In this document: in pieces, positions 17,238 to 26,983 of the stretch
How the letters are laid out: each line of letters opens with the position of its first letter
Position numbering within the stretch: the stretch's first letter is position 1
Assembly (NCBI GenBank): GCA_949297665.1
Contig: CASFTO010000023.1
Location: 1 to 55,721 of the forward strand
Source: an uncultured Alphaproteobacteria bacterium
GTDB taxonomy: Bacteria > Pseudomonadota > Alphaproteobacteria > RF32 > CAG-239
Direction: 5' to 3'
Length of the DNA stretch: 55,721 bases
Made by a program: the position numbers and the translations under genes
The notes under the pieces: generated by a model
The model's database searches: none
Told to the model about the DNA's origin: nothing
The model's input: the letters and a program-made list of their open reading frames with translations, nothing else

Positions 17238-17642
17238 TTAATTAAGGATTCGCTGCTGATTATCGTTTGCGATTAAACTTAAAACCGGAATTTCAATATT
17301 CATAATTTTATGAGAACTGTCAGAAATTTTACAACTGCCGCAAAGAACAGCGCTGGATTTAGATGTTGCATAATCTTCAAATTCAAACACCTCACCAGGT
17401 TCTAATTCAGGAAGTTGTCCTCCAAAACCTTCTGTTTTAAGGGAAACGGAACGCCCTCTGGTATCGGTAATAGAAATATCTCTACCCAACAAACTGATTT
17501 TGCTATGCGAATTATTTTCAATTCGAAGATAAAAACCCCAACAAAATTCATCACCAGCAACTTTTTCTTGTAAAAGCTCATTATAAGCGGAAATGACAAT
17601 TCCACCTTGTTGGGCCGTTTCAAAATCTTGAGTCGCATACAT
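17238..17642 (-). CDS. apaG: ApaG-domain protein (divergent)
   Basis: WGFYLRIENNS...LLGRDISITDTRG...EGFGGQLPELEPGEVFEF resembles ApaG (W-AY-I-I-N...HWxITD...GVVGEQPxLxPGE). Start moved to MYATQ (GAGGG upstream). Confidence 0.7.
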   Translation of the reverse strand: MYATQDFETAQQGGIVISAYNELLQEKVAGDEFCWGFYLRIENNSHSKISLLGRDISITDTRGRSVSLKTEGFGGQLPELEPGEVFEFEDYATSKSSAVLCGSCKISDSSHKIMNIEIPVLSLIANDNQQRILN

Positions 17643-17734
17643 AAAAAAATCCCTCAAAGTTATCTTATGCATATACAGATAGACGACTTTGCGGGAACTG
17701 TAAAAATGAATCTATATTTTTTCAACAGAGATTG

Positions 17735-18100
17735 TTAGATTCTTCCGTAACTGTCCTCAAAACGAACAATATCATTTTCATCCAAAGCTGAGCCGGTTTG
17801 AATTTCAATAAAAATAAGCGGCTGAGAAGAAGATGTGTTTTTAATACGATGCTGTGTTTTTTCCGGAATATAAATAGAATCATTTTGATGTCTGTATAGT
17901 GTATCATCTCCTAAAACAATCATGGCATTTCCTTCAACAATAATCCAATGTTCAGCTCTAAAATTATGCAATTGCAAAGAAAGAATGGCCTCGGGATTAA
18001 CTACAATTTTTTTGACGCAAAAATGATCTCCTGCGTCAAGAACTTCCCAAGTTCCCCAAGGTCTTGTATCATGGTCACCTTTTCTGTAATTAGTCGTCAT
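17735..18100 (-). CDS. Stand-alone cupin, mannose-6-phosphate isomerase type II C-terminal domain
   Basis: RPWG...VKKIVVNP..ILSLQLHNFRAEHWIIVEG...IEIQTGSALDENDIVRFEDSYGR. Confidence 0.9.
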   Translation of the reverse strand: MTTNYRKGDHDTRPWGTWEVLDAGDHFCVKKIVVNPEAILSLQLHNFRAEHWIIVEGNAMIVLGDDTLYRHQNDSIYIPEKTQHRIKNTSSSQPLIFIEIQTGSALDENDIVRFEDSYGRI

Positions 18101-18195
18101 AATATTTTATCCTTTTCATAAAAAATAATCTGGAATAAAAGAATAATAAGATGTATAAAGAAAAATACAAGCAAGAAATTACGAGAGAGGGCAAG

Positions 18196-20400
18196 ATGTC
18201 GGAAACTAAAAATTTTGCATTAGAAGTGATAAAAAGAATTCATCACGAATTGAGCATGGAAAATAGTGCCGACAAAATAAATCAAGTCATAAAGATAATT
18301 TCGGAAGAAGGCAAAGCTCTATCGGCAGATATATATGTAAAAGCGGACGGTGTAACCCTTGAGCACATAACCGGCTATCCGTCAGATGAAGAAAAGCGAG
18401 CGGAAAGAATAGGAGAGGGTGTTGTTGGTAAAGCAGGTGCGGATAATCGAACCTCTTTTGTTAAAACCAAAGAGACATTTCAAATAGCAACGCCATTGAG
18501 AAGATGGAATAAGCCGGTTGGAGTTTTATTGATATCATATCCGTTGCCACACGATTACGATGAAAAAGAAGCGGAAACATTGGAAACGATCTGTATGTTT
18601 TTAAGTGAGTTTCTGTCTTCGGAGGAATTATCTCAATATATCAGAAAATATATAAAAAGCCGAGGGATAGTAGCAAAGGATAGACTAAAAGGAACGATAA
18701 TCAATTCAGGATATGGATTGGGAAATGTTGTGGTACACAGGCGGAGAAAAGCTGTAACCAAGGTATTTGCGAAAGATAAAGACAAAGAATTACAAAATTT
18801 AGAGTCGGCTCGTCAAAAAATGAACGAAGATATAACAGCCAAAATAAATCAAGAAGGTATGCAAAAGGGGGAACATTTGGAAATTTTGGATGCATACCGT
18901 ATGATAGCAAATGACAAGGGATGGTATAATCGCATTATAAATCAGATAAATTTAGGTTTAACGGCAGAAGCGGCGGTTGAGCAAGCGTATACCGAAATGT
19001 GGAACAGATTATCGGGAGCTGCGGATGACTATTTAAAAGAAAGACTACATGATTTACGCGATATAGCCGACAGATTGCGCTTGTATTTAAGCGGAGAGGA
19101 TTGTAATTCTGGAATTAACAACAATTACACGGATATCATCATCGTAGCAACCTCAATGGGTCCGGCAGATCTAATGGATTATGACTATAAAAAAATCAGA
19201 GGATTGATTATAGAAGAATGTACACCGACAATGCATGTGGCTATTGTAGCTAAAGCATTAAATGTCCCGGTAATTTCTGGTATAGAAGGGTTGTTTAAGG
19301 ATATCAAAGATGGGGCGCTAATAGCCGTTGATGGTTCGGAAGGGGCTGTTTATGTAAATCCGTCAAAGACGATTATAGAAAAAATCAGTGCTAAAATGGA
19401 GGAGAAAAGGCAAGAATATAAACAAATACAAAAACTGCGTAATTACAAAAGTCGAACAAAAGATGGCGAAAGGGTGAATTTGTATTTAAATATCGGTATG
19501 GAGTTTGACTTTGATTATATAAAAAGTACAAATTGCGATGGGGTAGGATTATATCGTACAGAGATATTGTTTATGTCATCCAATAAAATGCCGGATATAG
19601 AACAACAAGTGGAAAGCTATAAAAAACTATATCAAGCGGCGGATGGAAAAAAGATTATTTTTAGAAGTCTGGATGTGGGGTCCGATAAATTATTGCCTTA
19701 TTGGAACAGCATAACGGAAGACAATCCGGCGATTGGCTGGCGTTCAATACGAATAACGCTGGATAGGCGAGCTATACTGCGTAAACAAATGCGAGCATTC
19801 ATAAGGGCTGCATCTGGTAAAGAATTAAATGTTATGTTTCCGATGATATCTAACTTGGATGAATTTTTAGAAGCCAAAGAAACATTTATGTTTGCATACG
19901 AAAGAGAAAAAAGGGAAGGTTACGAATTACCGACAAAAGTAAATCTTGGAATGATGATAGAAGTTCCGTCTGTGGTATTTCAATTAAGAGAAATACTAAA
20001 ATATTGTGATTTCATTTCGGTCGGAACGAATGATTTGTATCAATTTTTCTTTGCCAGCGACAGAGGAAATCCGAGGTTAAATGGACGATACGATGTACTA
20101 TCCGCTCCATTTTTAAATTTGATGAAAAAAATAATAAAAGAAGCGAATAATGCGGGCGTACCATGCTCGGTCTGTGGGGAAATGGCAAGTTCTCCGATAG
20201 ATGCAATGGCTTTAATCGGGTTAGGATTTAGAAATTTATCGGTATCGAGCGCATCATATGGTAAAGTGAAAGCGATGATACGCTCTTTATCAGCCCAAGG
20301 AATAGGAGACTATTTGAATAATATTCTATCATCATCTCGCAAGACGCTGCGCCCGCAATTAAAATCCTATGCAGCAGATCACACTATTGAAATATATTAA
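18196..20400 (+). CDS. ptsP: Nitrogen-type PTS enzyme I (GAF + PEP-utilising domains)
   Basis: N-terminal GAF (IGEGVVG), phospho-His TMHVAIVAKAL, GVGLYRTE, EDNPAIGWRSIR, GMMIEVPS, SVGTNDL and CGEMA. Confidence 0.95.
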   Translation: MSETKNFALEVIKRIHHELSMENSADKINQVIKIISEEGKALSADIYVKADGVTLEHITGYPSDEEKRAERIGEGVVGKAGADNRTSFVKTKETFQIATPLRRWNKPVGVLLISYPLPHDYDEKEAETLETICMFLSEFLSSEELSQYIRKYIKSRGIVAKDRLKGTIINSGYGLGNVVVHRRRKAVTKVFAKDKDKELQNLESARQKMNEDITAKINQEGMQKGEHLEILDAYRMIANDKGWYNRIINQINLGLTAEAAVEQAYTEMWNRLSGAADDYLKERLHDLRDIADRLRLYLSGEDCNSGINNNYTDIIIVATSMGPADLMDYDYKKIRGLIIEECTPTMHVAIVAKALNVPVISGIEGLFKDIKDGALIAVDGSEGAVYVNPSKTIIEKISAKMEEKRQEYKQIQKLRNYKSRTKDGERVNLYLNIGMEFDFDYIKSTNCDGVGLYRTEILFMSSNKMPDIEQQVESYKKLYQAADGKKIIFRSLDVGSDKLLPYWNSITEDNPAIGWRSIRITLDRRAILRKQMRAFIRAASGKELNVMFPMISNLDEFLEAKETFMFAYEREKREGYELPTKVNLGMMIEVPSVVFQLREILKYCDFISVGTNDLYQFFFASDRGNPRLNGRYDVLSAPFLNLMKKIIKEANNAGVPCSVCGEMASSPIDAMALIGLGFRNLSVSSASYGKVKAMIRSLSAQGIGDYLNNILSSSRKTLRPQLKSYAADHTIEIY

Positions 20401-20449
20401 AAAGTATGTTTTAATACGCACAACGGAACAATTAAAGGAAGAGAATGCA

Positions 20450-21298
20450 ATGGAAAATACTGAAGAATTAGATATAGACATAGATGATATCGGTACAATA
20501 TTGAAAAGTAGCCGATTAAAAAGTAAAAAGAGCATGGAAGAAATATCCAGTGAACTTTGTATCAGAAAAATATATCTGACAGCATTAGAAGAGGGGGATT
20601 ATGAAACTCTTCCGCCGATTCCCTATGGCGTAGGATATGTAAGAACATATGCCCGCTATTTAGGTTTAAATCCGGAGCGCGCCGTTAAGCTATACAAGAA
20701 TGCATCTCAAACGGAAGAACAAGAAAATAAACAAGAAGAAATAGAAAAAGCAGAAATAAATAAAATTAGCGGGAAACATATTGTTATCGGCATAATAGCA
20801 TTAATGGCGATTTATGCGGCGTGGTCATTTTATGCAAATATGGGAACGGCTCCGGCGACGTTGCCGCAAGAAGATAAAAATATTAATATAGAGGAACAGG
20901 TACTTGAAGAAAAAGAAAATATGAAAGAACAAACTCCTGAAGGTATAGAAAAGTCGGAAACTATTTCTCAAACAACAGAAATAACAGCAACAGAAATATC
21001 TGAAACAGTAGAACAAACACCGATTCCCGAAGAGCAGCTAGTTGCTGAAGAAAAAGTTGAGAATAATAAAGTTGTTGTAGAGTTTACCGGAGAAAGCTGG
21101 GTTGAACTAAAAGACAAGAAAAAAGTATATTTCCAAGGGGTTTACCATGAAGGTGATAAAAAAGAGATTGACTATATAGGCAATTTGTTTTTATCAGTAG
21201 GTAGACCTGAAAATGTAAAGGTTTACATAAAAGGAACAGAAAAAAATATTTTAGCAAAAAAAAGAAAAATGAATATACCATTGGATTCTTTGGATTAG
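20450..21298 (+). CDS. rodZ: RodZ-like protein (HTH + TM + DUF4115-type C-terminus)
   Basis: LCIRKIYLTALEEGDYETLP...YGVGYVRTYARYLGL, a single TM, and the C-terminal ESWVELKD...GRPENV. Start moved to MENTEE. Confidence 0.85.
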   Translation: MENTEELDIDIDDIGTILKSSRLKSKKSMEEISSELCIRKIYLTALEEGDYETLPPIPYGVGYVRTYARYLGLNPERAVKLYKNASQTEEQENKQEEIEKAEINKISGKHIVIGIIALMAIYAAWSFYANMGTAPATLPQEDKNINIEEQVLEEKENMKEQTPEGIEKSETISQTTEITATEISETVEQTPIPEEQLVAEEKVENNKVVVEFTGESWVELKDKKKVYFQGVYHEGDKKEIDYIGNLFLSVGRPENVKVYIKGTEKNILAKKRKMNIPLDSLD

Positions 21299-21336
21299 TA
21301 AAGACATAATGAATAACACAAAATAAGGAAAAATTA

Positions 21337-22410
21337 ATGAATTTTCAAGAAAAGTTAGCCGGTGTTATAAATCGTTATGAAGAGGTACAAGCACTGGTAT
21401 CATCTCCAAATATTAGTGCGGAAGAACTGGTAAAATTAAATAAAGAAATATCCGTATTAGAACCCGTAGTAAATGCAATTCAAAACTATCAGACGCAAGA
21501 AAAAAGTTTTAGTGAAGCAAAGGAATTGATGGAAGACGCTAGTCTTGATAAAGAAATGCGTGACTTGGCGGAAATGGAGTATTACGAACTAAAAGACAAA
21601 CTTCCTGAATTGGAAAAGGCAATAAAAATACTTTTATTGCCTAAAGAAGAAGATGACGAAAAAAACGCCATTTTGGAAGTCAGAGCTGGAACCGGAGGTG
21701 ATGAAGCGGCTCTATTTGCGGCGGTATTGTTTGAAATGTACCAACGTTATGCGCAAAAGCAAGGTTGGAAATTTGAGATTTTAGATGCGAATGAAAATGG
21801 ATTAGGCGGATATAAAGAAGCCTCAGCAAAAATTACGGGCAAAGATGTATTTGCAAAATTAAAATTTGAATCCGGAGCCCATAGGGTTCAACGCGTTCCG
21901 GTAACAGAATCCCAAGGACGCGTTCACACATCGGCGGCCACGGTTGCTGTGTTGCCCGAGATTGAGGAAGTTGACATGTATATCAATCCGGCAGATTTAA
22001 AGATAGATGTATATCGAGCATCAGGAGCAGGAGGACAACACGTTAATAGAACAGAATCAGCCGTAAGAATTACGCATATACCGACAGGAATAGTTGTCCA
22101 ATGCCAAGATGATCGCTCACAATTCAAGAATAAAGAAAAAGCAATGAATCACTTGCGTGCAAAATTATATGATACGCAAAAAGCTAATATTGATGCAACA
22201 TATTCGGAAAAACGTAAGTTGCAAGTGGGCAGTGGTGACAGAAGTGAGCGAATTCGAACTTATAACTATCCTCAAGGACGAGTAACAGACCATCGCATTA
22301 ATTTGACTTTGTATAAATTAGATGATGTGGTATCCGGTGAAGCTCTTGATGAAATAATTGACGCTCTAATTACGGAAGATCAAGCGCAAAGATTAGCGGA
22401 AATTGATTAA
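21337..22410 (+). CDS. prfA: Peptide chain release factor 1
   Basis: [11 protein letters not shown], the PVT specificity motif (RVPVTES), GGQ and [16 protein letters not shown]. Confidence 0.98.
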   Translation: MNFQEKLAGVINRYEEVQALVSSPNISAEELVKLNKEISVLEPVVNAIQNYQTQEKSFSEAKELMEDASLDKEMRDLAEMEYYELKDKLPELEKAIKILLLPKEEDDEKNAILEVRAGTGGDEAALFAAVLFEMYQRYAQKQGWKFEILDANENGLGGYKEASAKITGKDVFAKLKFESGAHRVQRVPVTESQGRVHTSAATVAVLPEIEEVDMYINPADLKIDVYRASGAGGQHVNRTESAVRITHIPTGIVVQCQDDRSQFKNKEKAMNHLRAKLYDTQKANIDATYSEKRKLQVGSGDRSERIRTYNYPQGRVTDHRINLTLYKLDDVVSGEALDEIIDALITEDQAQRLAEID

Positions 22411-22501
22411 ACCTTGTAACAAATTGTAACATATTTTTAAAAGCATTTTAAAATAAATGATGTTATATAAACCTAAAAAGGAACTTTAAAAGAGGTTTAA
22501 T

Positions 22502-23524
22502 ATGTCAAAATTAATTAAAGTAGCAGTAATTGGCGCAGGTATGATGGGGAGAAACCATCTAAAAACATATAAGACTTTGCCTGGCGTGGAGTTGGTTGGT
22601 GTGTATGATATATTTCCTGAAAGTGCCAAGAAAGCTGCTGAAATGTTTGGTATTAAAGCATTTTCATCATTGCAAGAAGTAGCAAAGAACGTTGAAGCCG
22701 TAAGTGTTGTAACCACATCTGTTGCACACTGTGAAGTTGGGGAATTCTTCTTAAACCAAGGCATACACTGCATGATGGAAAAACCATTGGCTACCACGGA
22801 AGAAGAGTGCCAAAGATTAATCAATGCAGCTCAAAAGAATAATGTAACACTACTTGTAGGACATATTGAACGCTTTAATCCGGCGGTAGAACAAATGGGT
22901 AAGATTTTATCCGATACAAGTAAAATTCGTTCTTTAACGGCACAAAGAATGTCGGCAGCAAGTGGTCGAATTACGGATGTAGACGTTGCGATGGATTTGA
23001 TGATACATGACGTTGAAGTAATCCAATCTTTGGTAAAATCTCCGGTAGTAAATGTTCAGGCCAGTGCAGTAAGAACTCCGGGAAATGAAAGCGGAAAAGA
23101 TTATATTACCGCATTGCTTGAATTTGAAAATGGGGCAACGGCAAATATTACGGCAAGCCGCATTACGCAAGCTCGCGTTCGTACATTGACTGTAACGACA
23201 GATACAAACTACATTGATATGGACTTTATTAACCAAAGCATTAACGTTCACTCACAAGGACGTATGCCGTATGTAAATCAAGAGAATATTCCGGAATGGA
23301 TGAACTACGGACTAAAAGGAAGTGTTGAACAACTGTTTATTCCGACCAATCATCCGTTACAAGCCGAATTATCACATTTTATAAGTTGTGTGAAAGGTGA
23401 AGCAACACCACGCATTAGCGGTGAAGATGCCTTGAATGCGCTTCGAGTCATTTGGAAAATTCAAGATGTACTAGGATTATCCAGAACGATAACGTCATCG
23501 GATACAATGCTCAAAGTAGCTTAA
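22502..23524 (+). CDS. Gfo/Idh/MocA family oxidoreductase (GnnA/WlbA-like sugar-nucleotide dehydrogenase possible)
   Basis: VAVIGAGMMG, EKP, VGHIERFNPA and DLMIHD motifs. Confidence 0.88.
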   Translation: MSKLIKVAVIGAGMMGRNHLKTYKTLPGVELVGVYDIFPESAKKAAEMFGIKAFSSLQEVAKNVEAVSVVTTSVAHCEVGEFFLNQGIHCMMEKPLATTEEECQRLINAAQKNNVTLLVGHIERFNPAVEQMGKILSDTSKIRSLTAQRMSAASGRITDVDVAMDLMIHDVEVIQSLVKSPVVNVQASAVRTPGNESGKDYITALLEFENGATANITASRITQARVRTLTVTTDTNYIDMDFINQSINVHSQGRMPYVNQENIPEWMNYGLKGSVEQLFIPTNHPLQAELSHFISCVKGEATPRISGEDALNALRVIWKIQDVLGLSRTITSSDTMLKVA

Positions 23525-23531
23525 GTAAGAA

Positions 23532-24272
23532 ATGCGCTATAAAATAACAATAGAATACGATGGCACTAACCTCCTCGGCTGGCAAAAACAAGACGAGGGG
23601 GTTAGTGTTCAGTATTATCTGGAAAAAGCATTGCATGGATTCTCTCATCAAGAAATTGATGTATTTGGAGCGGGAAGAACCGATGCAGGAGTACATGCAC
23701 TAGGGCAAGTGGCACATTTTGATTTAGAAACAAAAATGGATTTATTTCATATCCGAGAGGCTTTTAATGCATGGTTGAGAGAGCTTAAAGCTCCTGTTTC
23801 TGTGTTAGAAGTAGAAAATGTTTCTCCAGATTTTCATGCACGTTTTTCGGCTAAAGGGAGAGGATATATATATCGCATATTAAACCGTAGAGCACCGACG
23901 GTTTTGTTGGCAAATAGAGTGTGGAATGTTGGCTTTCCTCTAGATGTTGATAGAATGAAAGCAGGGGCTCAATATTTGCTTGGACATCATGATTTTAGCT
24001 CGTTCAGAGGAGCTGGGTGTCAGGCGTTATCTCCACTTAAAACATTAGATAAATTAGAAATAATTACTCAAGGTGATGAAATTGATTTTATAGTGGAAGC
24101 TCGTTCATTTTTATATCATCAAGTGCGTAATATGGTAGGAACCTTAAAATCAGTAGGTGATGGAAAACTTACGCCTGAAGACGTGAAGATAATACTAGAA
24201 AAGAAAAATCGCGCATGCGCCGGAGCAACAGCGCCTGCATGCGGATTATATTTGAGTAAAATAATGTATTAA
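23532..24272 (+). CDS. truA: tRNA pseudouridine(38-40) synthase
   Basis: IEYDGT, GAGRTDAGVHA, FHARFSA, SFLYHQVRNMVG and APACGLYL. Confidence 0.97.
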   Translation: MRYKITIEYDGTNLLGWQKQDEGVSVQYYLEKALHGFSHQEIDVFGAGRTDAGVHALGQVAHFDLETKMDLFHIREAFNAWLRELKAPVSVLEVENVSPDFHARFSAKGRGYIYRILNRRAPTVLLANRVWNVGFPLDVDRMKAGAQYLLGHHDFSSFRGAGCQALSPLKTLDKLEIITQGDEIDFIVEARSFLYHQVRNMVGTLKSVGDGKLTPEDVKIILEKKNRACAGATAPACGLYLSKIMY

Positions 24273-24680
24273 TCATGCTACAAAATCTTGATGTAAAGCA
24301 TTCTTGATATGCTTTATATGGAGGGGAAATCTAACAAAGAATACATCAAATCTCTGCGAAAAAGAAGAAAATTGCGGATTCTTACGGATAAAATACTGGG
24401 CACCGTTTAGTATACGCTTCTGTTGACGAGGAGATAGAGCAAATAAAAAATCAGAATTGCTTTTACGTTTTTTTACTTCACAAAAAATAAGAGTTTTATT
24501 CTTTAATGCTATAAAATCTAATTCTCCGTAAGGTGTGTTTTTTCCTCTGCCGCAACGATAATCTTTCGCAATAATCCGGTAGCCAAGCAGTCGCATATAG
24601 CAACGGCACATAAATTCGGCTAATTTTCCAGCATTATTTGAGGTTATTTTTAAGGAGCAAAGCTTTATCATAAACATCAT
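24273..24680 (-). CDS. yraN: YraN/UPF0102 family putative endonuclease
   Basis: GKLAE...LGYRII...GELDFIA...FCEVK...RFDV. The start is uncertain because it overlaps the rsmI end. Confidence 0.85.
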   Translation of the reverse strand: MMFMIKLCSLKITSNNAGKLAEFMCRCYMRLLGYRIIAKDYRCGRGKNTPYGELDFIALKNKTLIFCEVKKRKSNSDFLFALSPRQQKRILNGAQYFIRKNPQFSSFSQRFDVFFVRFPLHIKHIKNALHQDFVA

Positions 24681-25479
24681 TTTTCTTGAGATTGTATTTC
24701 TGCGAAATATTTTTAACCGATTCTTTGAGTGAAAAATGTTTCATTTCTTCAATCAAAAGCGCGTCGATATCTAATGAACTTTTTTCAGATTCCATCTCAG
24801 ATGGGGGGGCTATAACCAAAACGATTTCTCCTTTAATCGGCATAGCGGAAATTTTTTCAATAACGTCTTCAACTGTTCCTTGAATACACTCTTCATAAAG
24901 TTTGCTTATTTCACGAACAACAGCAATTTCACGTAAAGGCATAATTTGTGCCAGAGCTATAAGCGTTTTTTCTATGCGTTGAGCTGTTTCATACAAAACT
25001 AAAGTAGAATTGATACCTTTTAATTCATTAAATAAATCAAGACGCGCTTTATCCTTGTTTGGAATAAATCCTGCAAACATAAAGCGATTCGTTGGAAGGC
25101 CGGAAAGCTGTAAGGCACATACAACAGCACAAGGTCCGGGCAGGGTTGTGACTTTTATATCCAGTTTTCGGCATTCTCTGACAAGCTTATACCCTGGATC
25201 AGAAATAAGAGGAGAACCGGCATCGCTGATAAGGGCTACACTATTTCCCTCTAAAATAAGATTGATGATGTATTGAAACTTATCCTGCTCAGAATGATCT
25301 TCATAGGTGATAAATGTTTTATTAGAGGGGATATTAAGCAAAGAAAAGAGTTTTTTGCTAACGCGAGTATCCTCAGCGGCAATAATGGTAGCTTCGCTAA
25401 GAATATCAATAGCTCTCTGCGAAATATCTTTCAAATTACCAATAGGGGTTGCAACAATATATAAACCTGCATCTAACAT
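24634..25479 (-). CDS. rsmI: 16S rRNA C1402 2'-O-methyltransferase
   Basis: LYIVATPIGNL, AAEDTR, SDAGSPLISDPG, PGPCA and REISKLYEE. Start moved to MLDAG. Confidence 0.96.
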   Translation of the reverse strand: MLDAGLYIVATPIGNLKDISQRAIDILSEATIIAAEDTRVSKKLFSLLNIPSNKTFITYEDHSEQDKFQYIINLILEGNSVALISDAGSPLISDPGYKLVRECRKLDIKVTTLPGPCAVVCALQLSGLPTNRFMFAGFIPNKDKARLDLFNELKGINSTLVLYETAQRIEKTLIALAQIMPLREIAVVREISKLYEECIQGTVEDVIEKISAMPIKGEIVLVIAPPSEMESEKSSLDIDALLIEEMKHFSLKESVKNISQKYNLKKNDVYDKALLLKNNLK

Positions 25480-25557
25480 GTTATAGCTCTTTACAAAAAA
25501 GGATTTTTGATTTAAATAGAACAGCATAATTGTTTAATATTTTGGGAATAAAAGCAA

Positions 25558-26814
25558 GTGTTAAAGAAGATCGCTATATTTTTTCTTTGTTTTGGAATTT
25601 TTGGTTGTAACAGCCATCTGACCAACAATCGGATAGAACTGTCAGACCAACGCTATGATATTATAGATTATGATGCAATAAATCAGCCAATGCCAATGGA
25701 AGGGCAACTTAACGTAGGTGTACTTTTACCGCTAACGGGTAAAGCATCGAATATCGGGTTAGGAATGCAAAATGCGATGTTTATGGCTTTGGATGATTTA
25801 CAGAGTAATCGTTTGACATTGAAATTTTATGATACAAAGAGCAGCAAAATAGGGGCGGAAATAGCTGCTGAAAAAGCTATAGATGAAGGGGCACAACTAA
25901 TTTTAGGTCCACTAATGAGTGAAGAAGTAGAAGGAGCATCGTCAGAAGCATTATCGGCTAATATTCCGATGGTATCGTTTACAACATCTCCGCAAGTATT
26001 GCAAAAAGGTGTTTACAGCATCGGGTTATTAAATGGAGAACAAGTAGATAGAGCTGTTTCATACGCAACATCGAATGGGCGCCGTAAAATGGCATTGTTG
26101 GTTCCTGATACGAATAGTGGATTAAATATTGTTAAAGCCGCAATAATGTCAGCCATAGCGAAGGACATGATATTAGATAAAGTCGGATTTTATAGCGCGG
26201 AAAATGTAGATTTTTCGCAACTGATAAAAGAGATGTCAACACAAGCAGATTTTGATACGGTTATGATTGCCGATAGCGGAAACAGATTGAAGTCCTTAGC
26301 ATCAATGTTTGCATATAACGACATCATGTATCCTGATGTATTATTTATGGGAACGTCAGCTTGGGATAACACGAATTTGAGCAAAGAAACAATTTTATAT
26401 CATGGCGTATATCCGATGGTTTCCAAAAGTTACGGAACATATTTTGCAGACAAATATAAAGAAACTTTTGGTGAACAACCGAAAAGCATATATTCCTTTG
26501 CCTATGATAGTGTTTTGTTAGCATCAGTAGTGGCTGGAAAAAGCGATGAAAACATAGAAAGCACATTAATACAAAACAGTGGTTTTATCGGTGTAAACGG
26601 ATTCTTTAAGATTCTACCGACAGGGCAAAGCTATCATAGTTTGGAAATGGTAGAAGTAACCAAAGAAGGCCCGAAAGTTGTGTCTAAGGCAGATAATAAA
26701 GAGTCTGATTATATTGATAGCGAAATAGACATCCGCTATGTTCCATACGAAAAATTACCGAAATTTTATGGAAAGAGCAGTTCAGAAGTCTTAAAGTGGC
26801 TATACAATAATTAA
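25558..26814 (+). CDS. LpoA/LppC-like penicillin-binding protein activator lipoprotein
   Basis: Lipobox IFGC; VGVLLPLTG...ILGPL periplasmic-binding-protein fold. Clustered with rsmI and yraN. Confidence 0.82.
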   Translation: MLKKIAIFFLCFGIFGCNSHLTNNRIELSDQRYDIIDYDAINQPMPMEGQLNVGVLLPLTGKASNIGLGMQNAMFMALDDLQSNRLTLKFYDTKSSKIGAEIAAEKAIDEGAQLILGPLMSEEVEGASSEALSANIPMVSFTTSPQVLQKGVYSIGLLNGEQVDRAVSYATSNGRRKMALLVPDTNSGLNIVKAAIMSAIAKDMILDKVGFYSAENVDFSQLIKEMSTQADFDTVMIADSGNRLKSLASMFAYNDIMYPDVLFMGTSAWDNTNLSKETILYHGVYPMVSKSYGTYFADKYKETFGEQPKSIYSFAYDSVLLASVVAGKSDENIESTLIQNSGFIGVNGFFKILPTGQSYHSLEMVEVTKEGPKVVSKADNKESDYIDSEIDIRYVPYEKLPKFYGKSSSEVLKWLYNN

Positions 26815-26880
26815 TGTTAATAGTTGCTTTTTGACTTGCAAAATAGCAGGATATAATCCATAAAGAATAAGTGATAAATG

Positions 26881-26964
26881 AAGGGTGCGGGGTTGTTTTG
26901 CTGCCAACTCGGTCAGGTTCGGAAGGAAGCAGCCGTAACAGTTAAAACAAGGTCTGTTACCCTT
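26881..26964 (+). ncRNA. ffs: Signal recognition particle 4.5S RNA
   Basis: GCCAACTCGGTCAGGTTCGGAAGGAAGCAGCC domain-IV motif closed by AAGGGT/ACCCTT. Sits directly upstream of dnaX, with TATAAT at 26852. Ends are approximate. Confidence 0.93.
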
Positions 26965-26983
26965 CTCCTCAAAAGATAAAAAA

